Below are positions 1 to 9,140 of a DNA stretch of 64,000 nucleotides, piece by piece. Location of the stretch: positions 1,796 to 65,795 of IMG/VR virus record IMGVR_UViG_3300027899_000800, one strand, 5' to 3'. A model generated the notes under the pieces. The model did no database searches and was not told where the DNA came from. It was given only the letters and a program-made list of their open reading frames with translations. The translations under genes were made by a program, and so were the position numbers. The stretch's first letter is position 1. Each line of letters starts with the position of its first letter. Source of the DNA: a virus. Lineage: Duplodnaviria; Caudoviricetes.

Positions 1-1
1 T

Positions 2-748
2 CTAGGAGCAGCTGCTGTACAAGCTGGTTTTAATGTTAACCATTATACACTTGAATTAAGTGAAGCCTATGTTGGTAAAAGATATGATGCTTGTTTCACT
101 AACATATCAGTTAATACGATTCAAGAACATAGAAAAGCCGTTGAATCGGTTATTACTAATTTACCTGGTAGGTTGGTAATTAAAGAATATCCGATGGGTA
201 AAGCGACTGTAAGTACTATTGAATCACATATTCAAAAGTGTAGAGATTTAGATCAATCACCTGATTTAATTCTTATAGATTATATTGATTTATTACGTGC
301 TGATAGAGTAAGTAAAGAACGTAAAGAAGAAATTGACGATGTATATGTAGCTACTAAAGGTTTAGCACGTGAATTAAATTTACCAATTTGGTCTGTTAGC
401 CAAGTTAATAGAGCTGGCGCTAACGATAATATTATTGAAGGTGATAAAGCAGCAGGTTCATATAATAAAATGATGATTACTGATTTTGCATTATCACTAT
501 CACGTCGACGTCAGGATAAAGCAGGCGGTACAGGTAGATTCCATGTTATGAAAAATAGATATGGAATGGATGGAGTAACATATTCAGCTGTCATAGACAC
601 ATCTACAGGTCATATACATATTGATAATAATGAACTAGATGAAGAAACACTTGAACGTGAAAAACCAACTAAACTAAATGAAAATTTTGACTCATTAGAT
701 CGTGACATCTTGAAGAAAAAGTTTTTCGAACTTAACAATAATAGCTAA
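2..748 (+). CDS. DnaB-like replicative helicase, C-terminal part (5' truncated by window edge)
   Basis: Frame open from position 2 (LGAAAVQAGFNVNHYTLELSE); SF4 motifs LILIDYIDL, SVSQVNR, KNRYG. Confidence 0.9.
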   Translation, partial: LGAAAVQAGFNVNHYTLELSEAYVGKRYDACFTNISVNTIQEHRKAVESVITNLPGRLVIKEYPMGKATVSTIESHIQKCRDLDQSPDLILIDYIDLLRADRVSKERKEEIDDVYVATKGLARELNLPIWSVSQVNRAGANDNIIEGDKAAGSYNKMMITDFALSLSRRRQDKAGGTGRFHVMKNRYGMDGVTYSAVIDTSTGHIHIDNNELDEETLEREKPTKLNENFDSLDRDILKKKFFELNNNS

Positions 749-767
749 TCCAATCATATTTATACCC

Positions 768-1256
768 ATGAGTACAGTTGTATTAGTTTCATGTTCTGCC
801 GGTAAAGAAGAAAAATCAATGCCCGCTGAAAAACTATATAATTCTGATTTGTTTAAAAAACAATTAGAGTATGCTAAAAAATTAGCACCTTCAAATAACA
901 TATATATTATATCTGCTAAATATCATTTAGTACCACTAAATAAAACCATAGCACCTTATAATCTAACATTAAAAGACATGCCAGCACCTGATCGTGAAGC
1001 ATGGTCAGAAATTGTTAAAAAACAATTAGAACAAAAAGGTTATAATCTCCAAAAAGACAAGTTTGTTTTTTTAGCAGGAAAAGCCTATCGTCAATATTTA
1101 GAACCCCAAATGAAAAATGTTAGTGTTCCATTTGAGGGATTACGTATAGGACAACAAAAGAAAGCTTTGTTACAAAAGCTTAAAGAAGCAGTTATAAAAT
1201 TAACAAGATATATAATCAAGGAAGTAAAAAAACTTTATAAAAATGGAGTTCTCTAA
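768..1256 (+). CDS. DUF6884-like protein (YaaA/DUF328-related fold suspected)
   Basis: VLVSCSAGK, A..LY.S.LF, IISAKY.L, I.PY..TL, FLAGKAY, GLRIGQQ pattern. Confidence 0.65.
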   Translation: MSTVVLVSCSAGKEEKSMPAEKLYNSDLFKKQLEYAKKLAPSNNIYIISAKYHLVPLNKTIAPYNLTLKDMPAPDREAWSEIVKKQLEQKGYNLQKDKFVFLAGKAYRQYLEPQMKNVSVPFEGLRIGQQKKALLQKLKEAVIKLTRYIIKEVKKLYKNGVL

Positions 1257-1506
1257 AAAACGTATTGAAGAATTAATGGACCAATATATTCAAGACAATG
1301 AAGATTTTGGTGACTATAATGAATCGCCTTTAATCAGTGAAGTGTTTAATAGTTTTAAACCAATACTTTTAGAGACAACAAGTAATAAAGTTTCAACTTT
1401 AATTCTTCAAGAACATATTAATGGACTACAAGGTATTTCAAAAGATATTTTTGAAGATTTTGTTTTGTATATCAACATGACTGAACTAGACAGTCGATTA
1501 CTTTAA
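1243..1506 (+). CDS. hypothetical protein
   Basis: 87 aa ORF overlapping the upstream stop, phage-like codon usage. Confidence 0.6.
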   Translation: MEFSKKRIEELMDQYIQDNEDFGDYNESPLISEVFNSFKPILLETTSNKVSTLILQEHINGLQGISKDIFEDFVLYINMTELDSRLL

Positions 1507-1582
1507 AGATTTATCATAAAAAAAGAATAGCCATTTAGGTGGCATGACATCATACACTTAACTATTAAACATATAACAAAAA

Positions 1583-3433
1583 ATGGACGTAACACAAAGT
1601 ATCCTATCAGAAATTACTACTTACATGAAATATGCTAAGTATGTTCCTGAGAAGAAAAGAAGAGAAACATGGGAAGAGTTAGTAACTCGAAATAAAGAAA
1701 TGCATCAATTGAAATTCCCACAATTGAAAGATGAAATTGAAAACGCTTATAAATTAGTATATGATAAAAAAGTTTTACCATCAATGCGTTCGTTACAGTT
1801 CGCAGGTAAACCCATTGAGCTTAATAATGCTCGTATATTTAACTGTTCTTTTCTTCCTTTGGATGATTGGAGAGCATTTAGTGAAATAATGTTCTTGTTA
1901 CTAAGTGGTTGTGGAGTAGGATATAGTGTACAAATACATCATATAGAACAATTACCTGAGATTAAAATACCAACTAAACATAAAAGATATTTAGTAGGTG
2001 ATAGTATTGAAGGATGGGCTGATGCTGTTAGAATGCTTTGTAAAGCTTACTTTACAGGAGCTGCTTTACCTACATTTGATTTTAGAGACATCAGAGCTAA
2101 AGGAGCTCAGTTAATCACTGTAGGTGGAAAAGCACCTGGTCCAGAACCATTAAAAGAGTGTTTATTTAATCTACAAAAAGTATTTGAACGTAAGAAAAAT
2201 GGTGATAAACTAACATCAGTAGAAGCTCATGATATGGCTTGCCATATTGCCGATGCTGTATTATCAGGTGGTATTAGAAGAGCAGCATTAATTTCATTAT
2301 TTAATCTTGATGATGAAGATATGTTGACTTGTAAGTTTGGAACTTGGTGGGAAGAAAATCCACAACGTGGTCGTGCTAATAATTCTGCCGTTGTATTACG
2401 TCACAAGATCACAGAAGAAGAATTCCGTAAACTATGGAAGAAAATTGAATTAAGCGGCAGTGGTGAACCCGGTATTTATTTTAGCAATGACAAAGAATGG
2501 GGGACAAATCCATGTTGTGAAATTGCTTTACGTCCTTTCCAATTCTGTAATTTATGTGAAGTAAATGTTTCAAACATTGAATCACAAGAAGACTTAAACG
2601 AAAGAGTACGTGTAGGTGCTTTTATAGGTACACTACAAGCAGCATATACTGATTTTCATTATTTAAGAGATGTATGGCAGAAAACAACTGAAAAAGAAGC
2701 TCTATTAGGAGTAGGAATGACAGGTATTGGCTCTGGAGTTATTTTAAATTATGATTTAAAGAAAGCAGCTGACTTAGCCAAAGAAGAAAATACTCGTGTT
2801 GCTGATATTATTAAAGTAAATAAAGCATCTCGTGTAACTACAGTTAAACCATCCGGTACTAGTTCATTAGTATTAGGAACGGCATCCGGAATTCATGCTT
2901 GGCATAATGACTACTATATTCGTAGAATTAGAGTAGGTAAAAACGAAGCAATATATTCTTACCTTGCAATCAATCATCCTGAATTAGTAGAAGATGATTT
3001 CTTCAAACCAACAATTCAAGCTGTAATTTCAGTACCTCAAAGAGCACCAGAAGGATCTATTTTAAGAACTGAAAATGTAATTGATATGCTCGAACGTACT
3101 AAGAGATTTAATGTACAGTGGGTTAAAAAAGGTCATCGTAAAGGAGCTAATACAAATAACGTATCAGCTACAGTATCAATTCAAGAAGGTGAGTGGGAAG
3201 CAGTAGGTAATTGGATGTGGGAAAATAAAGAAACATTTAATGGCCTATCAGTATTACCTTATTTTGGAGGTAGTTATACTCAAGCTCCATTTGAAGACAT
3301 TACTAAAGAACAATTCGATGAAATGGCTACTCATTTGCATAATATTGATTTAAGTCAAATTATTGAATTTAGTGATGATACTGCATTAATGGATCAAGCA
3401 GCATGTGCCGGAGGTGCCTGTGAAATAGTATAA
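1583..3433 (+). CDS. nrdJ: class II (adenosylcobalamin-dependent) ribonucleotide reductase
   Basis: RETWEE, LPSMRSLQF, FNCSF, GGIRRAA, TNPCCEI, TTVKPSGT, C-terminal ACAGGACEI redox pair. Confidence 0.92.
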   Translation: MDVTQSILSEITTYMKYAKYVPEKKRRETWEELVTRNKEMHQLKFPQLKDEIENAYKLVYDKKVLPSMRSLQFAGKPIELNNARIFNCSFLPLDDWRAFSEIMFLLLSGCGVGYSVQIHHIEQLPEIKIPTKHKRYLVGDSIEGWADAVRMLCKAYFTGAALPTFDFRDIRAKGAQLITVGGKAPGPEPLKECLFNLQKVFERKKNGDKLTSVEAHDMACHIADAVLSGGIRRAALISLFNLDDEDMLTCKFGTWWEENPQRGRANNSAVVLRHKITEEEFRKLWKKIELSGSGEPGIYFSNDKEWGTNPCCEIALRPFQFCNLCEVNVSNIESQEDLNERVRVGAFIGTLQAAYTDFHYLRDVWQKTTEKEALLGVGMTGIGSGVILNYDLKKAADLAKEENTRVADIIKVNKASRVTTVKPSGTSSLVLGTASGIHAWHNDYYIRRIRVGKNEAIYSYLAINHPELVEDDFFKPTIQAVISVPQRAPEGSILRTENVIDMLERTKRFNVQWVKKGHRKGANTNNVSATVSIQEGEWEAVGNWMWENKETFNGLSVLPYFGGSYTQAPFEDITKEQFDEMATHLHNIDLSQIIEFSDDTALMDQAACAGGACEIV

Positions 3434-3434
3434 T

Positions 3435-3620
3435 ATGAAACATGAATTTATTAAGAATATCCATTATTATGTAGAGGGTACTAAAGTAATATTCACTGAA
3501 GCATATCATATTCAAAGAGGAGAATGCTGTGGAAATAAATGTTTACACTGTCCATTTATTCCTAAACACCAAAAAGACAGTACACAAATAGATGAAAAAT
3601 TTTTGACCAAAACAGATTAA
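3435..3620 (+). CDS. small Cys-rich protein (DUF5522-like)
   Basis: H.QRGECCGNKCLHCPF motif. Confidence 0.65.
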   Translation: MKHEFIKNIHYYVEGTKVIFTEAYHIQRGECCGNKCLHCPFIPKHQKDSTQIDEKFLTKTD

Positions 3621-3629
3621 TTATATTTA
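3603..3629 (+). promoter_or_regulatory. phage promoter TTGACC-N13-TATATTTA
   Basis: Same motif and spacing recur upstream of at least 8 genes in the window. Confidence 0.6.
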
Positions 3630-3645
3630 ATTATTAATAAAGGTT

Positions 3646-4128
3646 ATGATAAAACATTCCAAAGAAACGGTTAATAGGGAAATAGCTAAACTACAACCCC
3701 TCAAATATAACCAGTTTTTCTGGTGGAGAAAATTTAAAGAGAAGTCTCCATTATCATCCAAAGATGCTATGCACGCTAGGATTGATAATGGGGACTTCGA
3801 TTTTTCTTCTTATTATTGGCAGGCACAATACGCAATCCATGAAATGGAAGAAAAAACAAATCATATTGATGATCCTGCTAATAGACATGAGGCTCAAACT
3901 ATATATAGAGAACGTTGGAGACGATTAATGAATGATTTTGAAAAAGATGAACCTCAACGTTTAGAAAATTATGTTAAGTCTATAACTAGTATATTTGAAA
4001 TAGAAAAAGAAGAATTAGAAAGAAAAATGGAAGATTTCGAGGGTACCTTAAAAGAATTATATACCTTAATAAAATCAAATTATGGTTTTAGAACCAAACA
4101 AAAACGTGGAAGACCTAAAAAAATATAA
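3646..4128 (+). CDS. hypothetical phage protein
   Basis: 160 aa ORF after a promoter motif and aaggttATG leader. Confidence 0.7.
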   Translation: MIKHSKETVNREIAKLQPLKYNQFFWWRKFKEKSPLSSKDAMHARIDNGDFDFSSYYWQAQYAIHEMEEKTNHIDDPANRHEAQTIYRERWRRLMNDFEKDEPQRLENYVKSITSIFEIEKEELERKMEDFEGTLKELYTLIKSNYGFRTKQKRGRPKKI

Positions 4129-4131
4129 TAT

Positions 4132-4593
4132 ATGAGTAAGTTTCAATCAACAAAACTATTTGACGGATTTAGCTGTGTGTTTCGTCAATGGAAAGCAGAA
4201 GGTACACACTGTAAATTTTTACACGGTTATGGAGTATCGTTTAGAGTATGGTTTGAAGGTGAATTAGATGAAAAAAATTGGGTTTGGGATTTTGGAGGTA
4301 TGAAACGTGCTAAAGGTACTATTGATGGTAAGAATCCTAAAGAATGGATGGACTATATGTTTGATCACACTACAATCATTGCAGAAGATGATCCTGGATT
4401 AGCTGGATTCAAAACAATGAACCAACTAGAAATAATCCAACTTAGAGTAATCCCAGCTGTTGGAGCGGAGCAATTTGCTAAGTACATTTTCGAAAAATTA
4501 AATACATTTATTCAAGAAGAAACAAGCGGTAGAGTTAAAGTTGTGAGAGTAGAATTTATGGAACACAACAAAAATACTGCTATATATGAGTAA
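4132..4593 (+). CDS. queD: 6-carboxytetrahydropterin synthase (QueD/PTPS)
   Basis: HCKFLHGY, WVWDFG, FDHT, C-terminal VEFMEH..N.A.Y; located in the Que cluster. Confidence 0.9.
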   Translation: MSKFQSTKLFDGFSCVFRQWKAEGTHCKFLHGYGVSFRVWFEGELDEKNWVWDFGGMKRAKGTIDGKNPKEWMDYMFDHTTIIAEDDPGLAGFKTMNQLEIIQLRVIPAVGAEQFAKYIFEKLNTFIQEETSGRVKVVRVEFMEHNKNTAIYE

Positions 4594-4780
4594 AAATAAA
4601 AAACTAAAAAAGAATATTGTTTCTAAAAAAGAAGAATTAATTGAACCACCTACATATACTGAAGGACACTGGGAAGACGAATTTGATTATTGGTATAATT
4701 ATCCACCATCAAGTAATACAGGTAAATGGTGGATTGCTATTCAGTTAGAAAAATTAAAGAAAAAATTAAAGATTAATTAA
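4586..4780 (+). CDS. hypothetical protein
   Basis: 64 aa ORF translationally coupled on both sides. Confidence 0.5.
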   Translation: MSKNKKLKKNIVSKKEELIEPPTYTEGHWEDEFDYWYNYPPSSNTGKWWIAIQLEKLKKKLKIN

Positions 4781-5574
4781 TGAAAGTATCACATGAATTG
4801 CCTCTTAGTTTAATGCAATATGCTTATAAATGGAATGATTATGATTATTGTCTTCCTCACTTAATAGATGAATCAACACGTTATAAATTATTTTTTCAAA
4901 AAGCTAGAGTAGATAATAGATTCATTATTATGGATAATGGACTATTTGAAGGAGTAGATCATACAATAGCAGATTTATTAGAAAAAATTAATCTTATTCG
5001 TCCTAACATATTCATTGTCCCTGATGCTTGGAATGACTCAACTACAACTGTCAGAAGTGCAAAGCATTGGATGATGAATTATAGTGATAAATTAAGTGAA
5101 ATTGATGTTAATTTAATGGCGGTATGTCAAGGAGAAACAATAGGTGAATTAATAGTTACATATCAAATGTTAGTTGATTTAGGTTATAAACATATAGCAT
5201 TTAATCATTCTAGTATTGCTTATCAAAAAGAATATGAAGATAATAATTTATCACCATTAAAATCATCAATGTATGGTAGAATGGAATTAATTAGAAAATT
5301 AGTACAATCTAATACTATTAGAGAATCATATTATCATCACTTATTAGGATGTTCTTTACCTCAAGAATTTATGGCTTATGATGATTGGAAATTTATTAAA
5401 TCAGTAGATACATCGAATCCAATTTTAGTTGGAGCTGAAGGGGTAAGATATAGTGATAGTGGTATAAATTGGAAACCTAAAGAAAAATTAGCTTATTACT
5501 TTGAAAAAGACTTAACTGACCGATTTGAAGATATTAAGTTTAACGTAGATAAATTTAAACAATATATAAAATGA
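4780..5574 (+). CDS. dpdA: TGT-fold DNA 7-deazaguanine transglycosylase (DpdA-like)
   Basis: TGT-barrel motifs in order: IMDNG, VPD, AVCQG, HLLG, SVDTS; lies between queD and queC. Confidence 0.7.
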   Translation: MKVSHELPLSLMQYAYKWNDYDYCLPHLIDESTRYKLFFQKARVDNRFIIMDNGLFEGVDHTIADLLEKINLIRPNIFIVPDAWNDSTTTVRSAKHWMMNYSDKLSEIDVNLMAVCQGETIGELIVTYQMLVDLGYKHIAFNHSSIAYQKEYEDNNLSPLKSSMYGRMELIRKLVQSNTIRESYYHHLLGCSLPQEFMAYDDWKFIKSVDTSNPILVGAEGVRYSDSGINWKPKEKLAYYFEKDLTDRFEDIKFNVDKFKQYIK

Positions 5575-6413
5575 AAAAACAAGCAGTATTAAGTCTATCC
5601 GGTGGAATGGATAGCAGTTCATTATTGCTTCATCTACTTGCCAATGGCTATGAAGTAACAGCTCTAGGATTCGATTATGGTCAAAAACATAAAGTAGAAT
5701 TAGAACGAGCTAAATCATTAGTAGAATATTTAAATTCTAAAGGACAAAAAGTTACTCATCAAATTATTAAATTAGATGGTTTATCAAAACTACTTAATTC
5801 AGCGTTAGTTGAAGGAGGTTGGGACGTACCTGAAGGGCATTATGAACAAGACAACATGAAAGATACTGTTGTTCCTAATCGTAATAAGATTTTTGCTTCA
5901 ATTATTCAAGCAGTAGCACTTTCAATTGCAACTAAACCTATTACAGATGATTGTAGTATAGGTCAAGAAGTAGTTATTGCAATGGGAATTCATGCTGGTG
6001 ATCATGCAATTTATCCTGATTGTAGACAAGAATTTAGAGATGCTGATTTTGAAGCATTCAAACAAGGTAATTGGAATTCAGGATTAGTAACAATGTATAC
6101 TCCATATCTTGAAGTAAATAAATTTGATATTCTGGAGGATGGATTGAAATGCTGTGAAGTATTAGGTTTAGATTTTGATGAAGTATATAAGCGTACAAAT
6201 ACATCTTATAAACCAATAGGAATAATAGGAGCACTTGATACCGAAATTACTTGGTATTCAGATTATAAATCAGCAGCATCAGTAGAACGTATTGAAGCAT
6301 TTATTAAACTAGGTCGTCCTGATCCTGTAGCATATGCTGATGAAAATGGACCTGTAAGTTGGGAAGTAGCTAAATCAGCTGTAGAAAAAGTATTGAACGA
6401 ATATAATAAATAA
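5571..6413 (+). CDS. queC: 7-cyano-7-deazaguanine synthase
   Basis: LSGGMDSS PP-loop, FDYGQKH, VPNRN, GIHAGDH..YPDCR.EF. Confidence 0.93.
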   Translation: MKKQAVLSLSGGMDSSSLLLHLLANGYEVTALGFDYGQKHKVELERAKSLVEYLNSKGQKVTHQIIKLDGLSKLLNSALVEGGWDVPEGHYEQDNMKDTVVPNRNKIFASIIQAVALSIATKPITDDCSIGQEVVIAMGIHAGDHAIYPDCRQEFRDADFEAFKQGNWNSGLVTMYTPYLEVNKFDILEDGLKCCEVLGLDFDEVYKRTNTSYKPIGIIGALDTEITWYSDYKSAASVERIEAFIKLGRPDPVAYADENGPVSWEVAKSAVEKVLNEYNK

Positions 6414-6418
6414 AAACA

Positions 6419-6673
6419 ATGCAAACCAGTTATATATTAAGTTTTATAGGTGTTATGATAGCTATGATAATAGCTGATATTTGTTGGACTTATTACTTTA
6501 TTAAAGTAGAAGAACGTAAACCTTTAGCGGCTGGTATGTGGTCATCTTTAATTATAGTAGCTAGTGCTTTTACAACTACTAGTTATGTTCAAGATAGATC
6601 ATTAATATTAGCAGCTATATTAGGTGCATTTATTGGTACAGCAAGTACTGTTTATTTTAAATACAAAAAATGA
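6419..6673 (+). CDS. small membrane protein (about 3 TM)
   Basis: Three hydrophobic segments, basic C-terminus. Confidence 0.7.
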   Translation: MQTSYILSFIGVMIAMIIADICWTYYFIKVEERKPLAAGMWSSLIIVASAFTTTSYVQDRSLILAAILGAFIGTASTVYFKYKK

Positions 6674-6801
6674 TTCATGATTTTCAACATATATTAGGAT
6701 TATGTGCTGATTCAAAAACACATTTAAACATATTGGGGTTTCTTTTGGAACCCCAACTTTTTCAAACTATATTTAATTACATAAAAACATGGAGGATTTA
6801 A
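6670..6801 (+). CDS. small hypothetical protein, 43 aa (MIHDFQHILGLCADSKTHL...), not in the ORF track
   Basis: ATGA overlap with the upstream stop; fills the gap before 6805. Confidence 0.5.
   Translation: MIHDFQHILGLCADSKTHLNILGFLLEPQLFQTIFNYIKTWRI
6744..6775 (+). promoter_or_regulatory. Bacteroidota-type promoter TTTG-N20-TATATTTA, overlapping a GC hairpin (TTGGGGTTTC...GGAACCCCAA)
   Basis: TTTG at 6744-6747, 20-nt spacer, TATATTTA at 6768-6775. Confidence 0.55.
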
Positions 6802-6804
6802 CCA

Positions 6805-7005
6805 ATGAAGTGTCTTAAAAATCTAAAAACAGGAACCATTATTCGTATTGATGATTTTAAAGCGAATAATATGGTAGGTAAAGAATGGGCTTTCACATCG
6901 AAAGAAGAGTGGAAAAAAACAATTAATAAACCTGAGCCCATAGTAGAAACTAAAGTAGAAGAAACTACTATTTCTGAAAAACAATTAAAACGTAAGAAAA
7001 AATGA
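6805..7005 (+). CDS. hypothetical protein
   Basis: 66 aa ORF coupled to queE. Confidence 0.65.
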   Translation: MKCLKNLKTGTIIRIDDFKANNMVGKEWAFTSKEEWKKTINKPEPIVETKVEETTISEKQLKRKKK

Positions 7006-7838
7006 GTAAAATAGATCCTAAAAAACTATTAATAAGCTCTGACTTCTACTCTGTCCAAGGTGAGGGTATTTCATCAGGAGTACCTTCATACTTTGTTCGT
7101 TTAGGTATTTGTAATCTAACTTGTGGTATGAGTAGAGCATTTGCAAATCAATTAGCTAAAGATAAAACATTAGAAGACGGTGATATATTCATTGGTGATC
7201 TTGTATTAGAAGGTAAAGCAACTTGGACTTGTGATTCAACAACTCAATGGTTATGGAGAGGAGTAGATCAAGAATTTGATTATCTTATTAAACGTTGGAA
7301 AGATGAAGGTGTTTATGATGATATTTTAAAAGGTGATATTCACGTTATTTGGACAGGTGGTGAACCTACAATTAAAGGTCATCAACAAGCAATTGTTAAC
7401 TTCACTAATTATTGGTTAAGTAAACATCTTGATCATACTGTTAGTCCATTTTATGAAATAGAAACAAATGGTACTGTTGTAATTGATGAACCATTATTTA
7501 AAATGCTTGATCAAATTAACTGCTCACCTAAATTGTCTAATTCAGGTATGGACGCTAAGCAACGTATTATACCTGCGGCTATTAAGCGTATCATGGAACA
7601 TAAAAATTATCAATTTAAATTTGTTATATCCAATGAAGAAGATGTTCAAGAATTATTTCGTGACTTTGTTGTACCATTTAGCATACCACTTAAAAATGTA
7701 GTTTGTATGCCTGGTCTAGATGATGTTAAGGATTTTGAAGAACGTACTCAGTTTTGTTTAGAGATGGCTAAGAAATATAGGTTTAGAGGATTAACTAGAC
7801 TACATATTGCAGCTTGGAATAAAACACTAAATGTATAA
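7002..7838 (+). CDS. queE: 7-carboxy-7-deazaguanine synthase (radical SAM)
   Basis: FYSVQGEG, FVRL..CNLTC, WTCDS, TGGEP, EIETNGT, CSPKL, FKFVI, RLHI..W. Confidence 0.9.
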   Translation: MSKIDPKKLLISSDFYSVQGEGISSGVPSYFVRLGICNLTCGMSRAFANQLAKDKTLEDGDIFIGDLVLEGKATWTCDSTTQWLWRGVDQEFDYLIKRWKDEGVYDDILKGDIHVIWTGGEPTIKGHQQAIVNFTNYWLSKHLDHTVSPFYEIETNGTVVIDEPLFKMLDQINCSPKLSNSGMDAKQRIIPAAIKRIMEHKNYQFKFVISNEEDVQELFRDFVVPFSIPLKNVVCMPGLDDVKDFEERTQFCLEMAKKYRFRGLTRLHIAAWNKTLNV

Positions 7839-8082
7839 TATGAAAAGAATACCGACATTAATCGTAAAATGGCTTGCTAATAAACTAGGGTATAAAGTTG
7901 TAATGCTCAAAGCAGCAAAGGGAATAACAACAATTGAAGGTGATAAAGAATTACTTCAATATGTAGACGTAACTGGTTATTTCTTTAAAAAAGAACCACT
8001 TAGAAGAACATTTCCTAAAGTTGTAGAACCTGAACCTATTAAGCCATTAACACCTGAGCAACTTAAAGAATTAGGACTATAA
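7831..8082 (+). CDS. hypothetical protein
   Basis: 83 aa ORF in operon order. Confidence 0.6.
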   Translation: MYNMKRIPTLIVKWLANKLGYKVVMLKAAKGITTIEGDKELLQYVDVTGYFFKKEPLRRTFPKVVEPEPIKPLTPEQLKELGL

Positions 8083-8094
8083 AACATTAAATGT

Positions 8095-8202
8095 ATGATG
8101 ATAATTAATTTAATATTAGGTTTAATAGTAGCGGCAGGAGTACCATTAGGTTTATTATGGTTAGCTATTAAGTTTGCTGATAGGCAAGATAAAAAACAAT
8201 AA
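8095..8202 (+). CDS. 35 aa single-TM peptide (MMIINLILGLIVAAGVPLGLLWLAIKFADRQDKKQ), not in the ORF track
   Basis: Fills the intergenic gap; hydrophobic helix plus charged tail. Confidence 0.5.
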   Translation: MMIINLILGLIVAAGVPLGLLWLAIKFADRQDKKQ

Positions 8203-8203
8203 A

Positions 8204-8422
8204 ATGAATATAACAATAACTCCTGATCATGTATATACAGTTGTAGCTTTATTGCTTATGGGACTGCAAGTTTATCAATATAGACAATTAGAAAAATCAA
8301 AAAGAGAAATACAACAACTATGGGATCAAATATCTACATTTAATACTATGGTTGCTTTAAAACTTTTGGAAACTCAGCAAGAAATTATTAACTTAAAAGA
8401 AAATAATAATGATGGAAAATAA
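8204..8422 (+). CDS. TM plus coiled-coil protein (ATG start at 8204)
   Basis: N-terminal hydrophobic stretch followed by a heptad-like region. Confidence 0.65.
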   Translation: MNITITPDHVYTVVALLLMGLQVYQYRQLEKSKREIQQLWDQISTFNTMVALKLLETQQEIINLKENNNDGK

Positions 8423-9140
8423 AAGAAGAACAATAGCTGATATTGAAGCACTAGAAACAGCTAAAGCTGGTTTTGCTAATGGTATATCATTACAATTAAA
8501 ATCACGTATTGAGGATGGTTATCATCGTTCGCTTACTGATGAAGAAAAATGGTTTATTGTAGGTGAAGCTGAGAAAGCATATGGTAGCTTTCTTGATGCC
8601 TTAGGTGTTGATTGGAGAAATGATCCAAACAGTATGGAAACACCTCGTCGTGTAGCTAAAGCATATGTATTTGATTTATGGAAGGGTAGATATGAATTAC
8701 CAACTGATATTACATCATTTCCAAGTGATGGATATGAAGGAATTGTATTAGAAAGAGATATACCAATTGTTAGTATGTGTTCACACCATCATCAAGCTAT
8801 TCTAGGTAAAGCACACGTTGCTTATATACCAGGTAAAGAAGGTAAAGTAGTTGGTTTAAGTAAATTAAATCGTATTGTAGAACATTTTGCTCGTAGAGGT
8901 GCTATTCAGGAACAACTTACAGTTGCTATTCATAATGCTGTTGATACAGTTTGTGAAGATAATGTTGGTGTGATGGTATTAGTACATTCATTTCATAATT
9001 GTGTTAGTTGTAGAGGTGTTAAACACTTTGGCGCTAGTATGGTTACAAGTGAAGTAAGTGGAGTATTTGCTGACCATACAAGAACAGCTAAAGCTGAAGT
9101 ATTAGAAATGCTTAAATTAGGAATGGAAGGATATAGATAA
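8409..9140 (+). CDS. folE: GTP cyclohydrolase I
   Basis: ETPRRVAK, SMCSHH, VVGLSKLNRIV, IQEQLT, HNCVSCRGV. Confidence 0.95.
   Translation: MMENKRRTIADIEALETAKAGFANGISLQLKSRIEDGYHRSLTDEEKWFIVGEAEKAYGSFLDALGVDWRNDPNSMETPRRVAKAYVFDLWKGRYELPTDITSFPSDGYEGIVLERDIPIVSMCSHHHQAILGKAHVAYIPGKEGKVVGLSKLNRIVEHFARRGAIQEQLTVAIHNAVDTVCEDNVGVMVLVHSFHNCVSCRGVKHFGASMVTSEVSGVFADHTRTAKAEVLEMLKLGMEGYR

Noticed and set aside
1529-1543. Hairpin GCCATTTAGGTGGC upstream of nrdJ as a cobalamin riboswitch or NrdR box
   Set aside because: The intergenic region is only about 75 nt and lacks B12-box and NrdR consensus sequences
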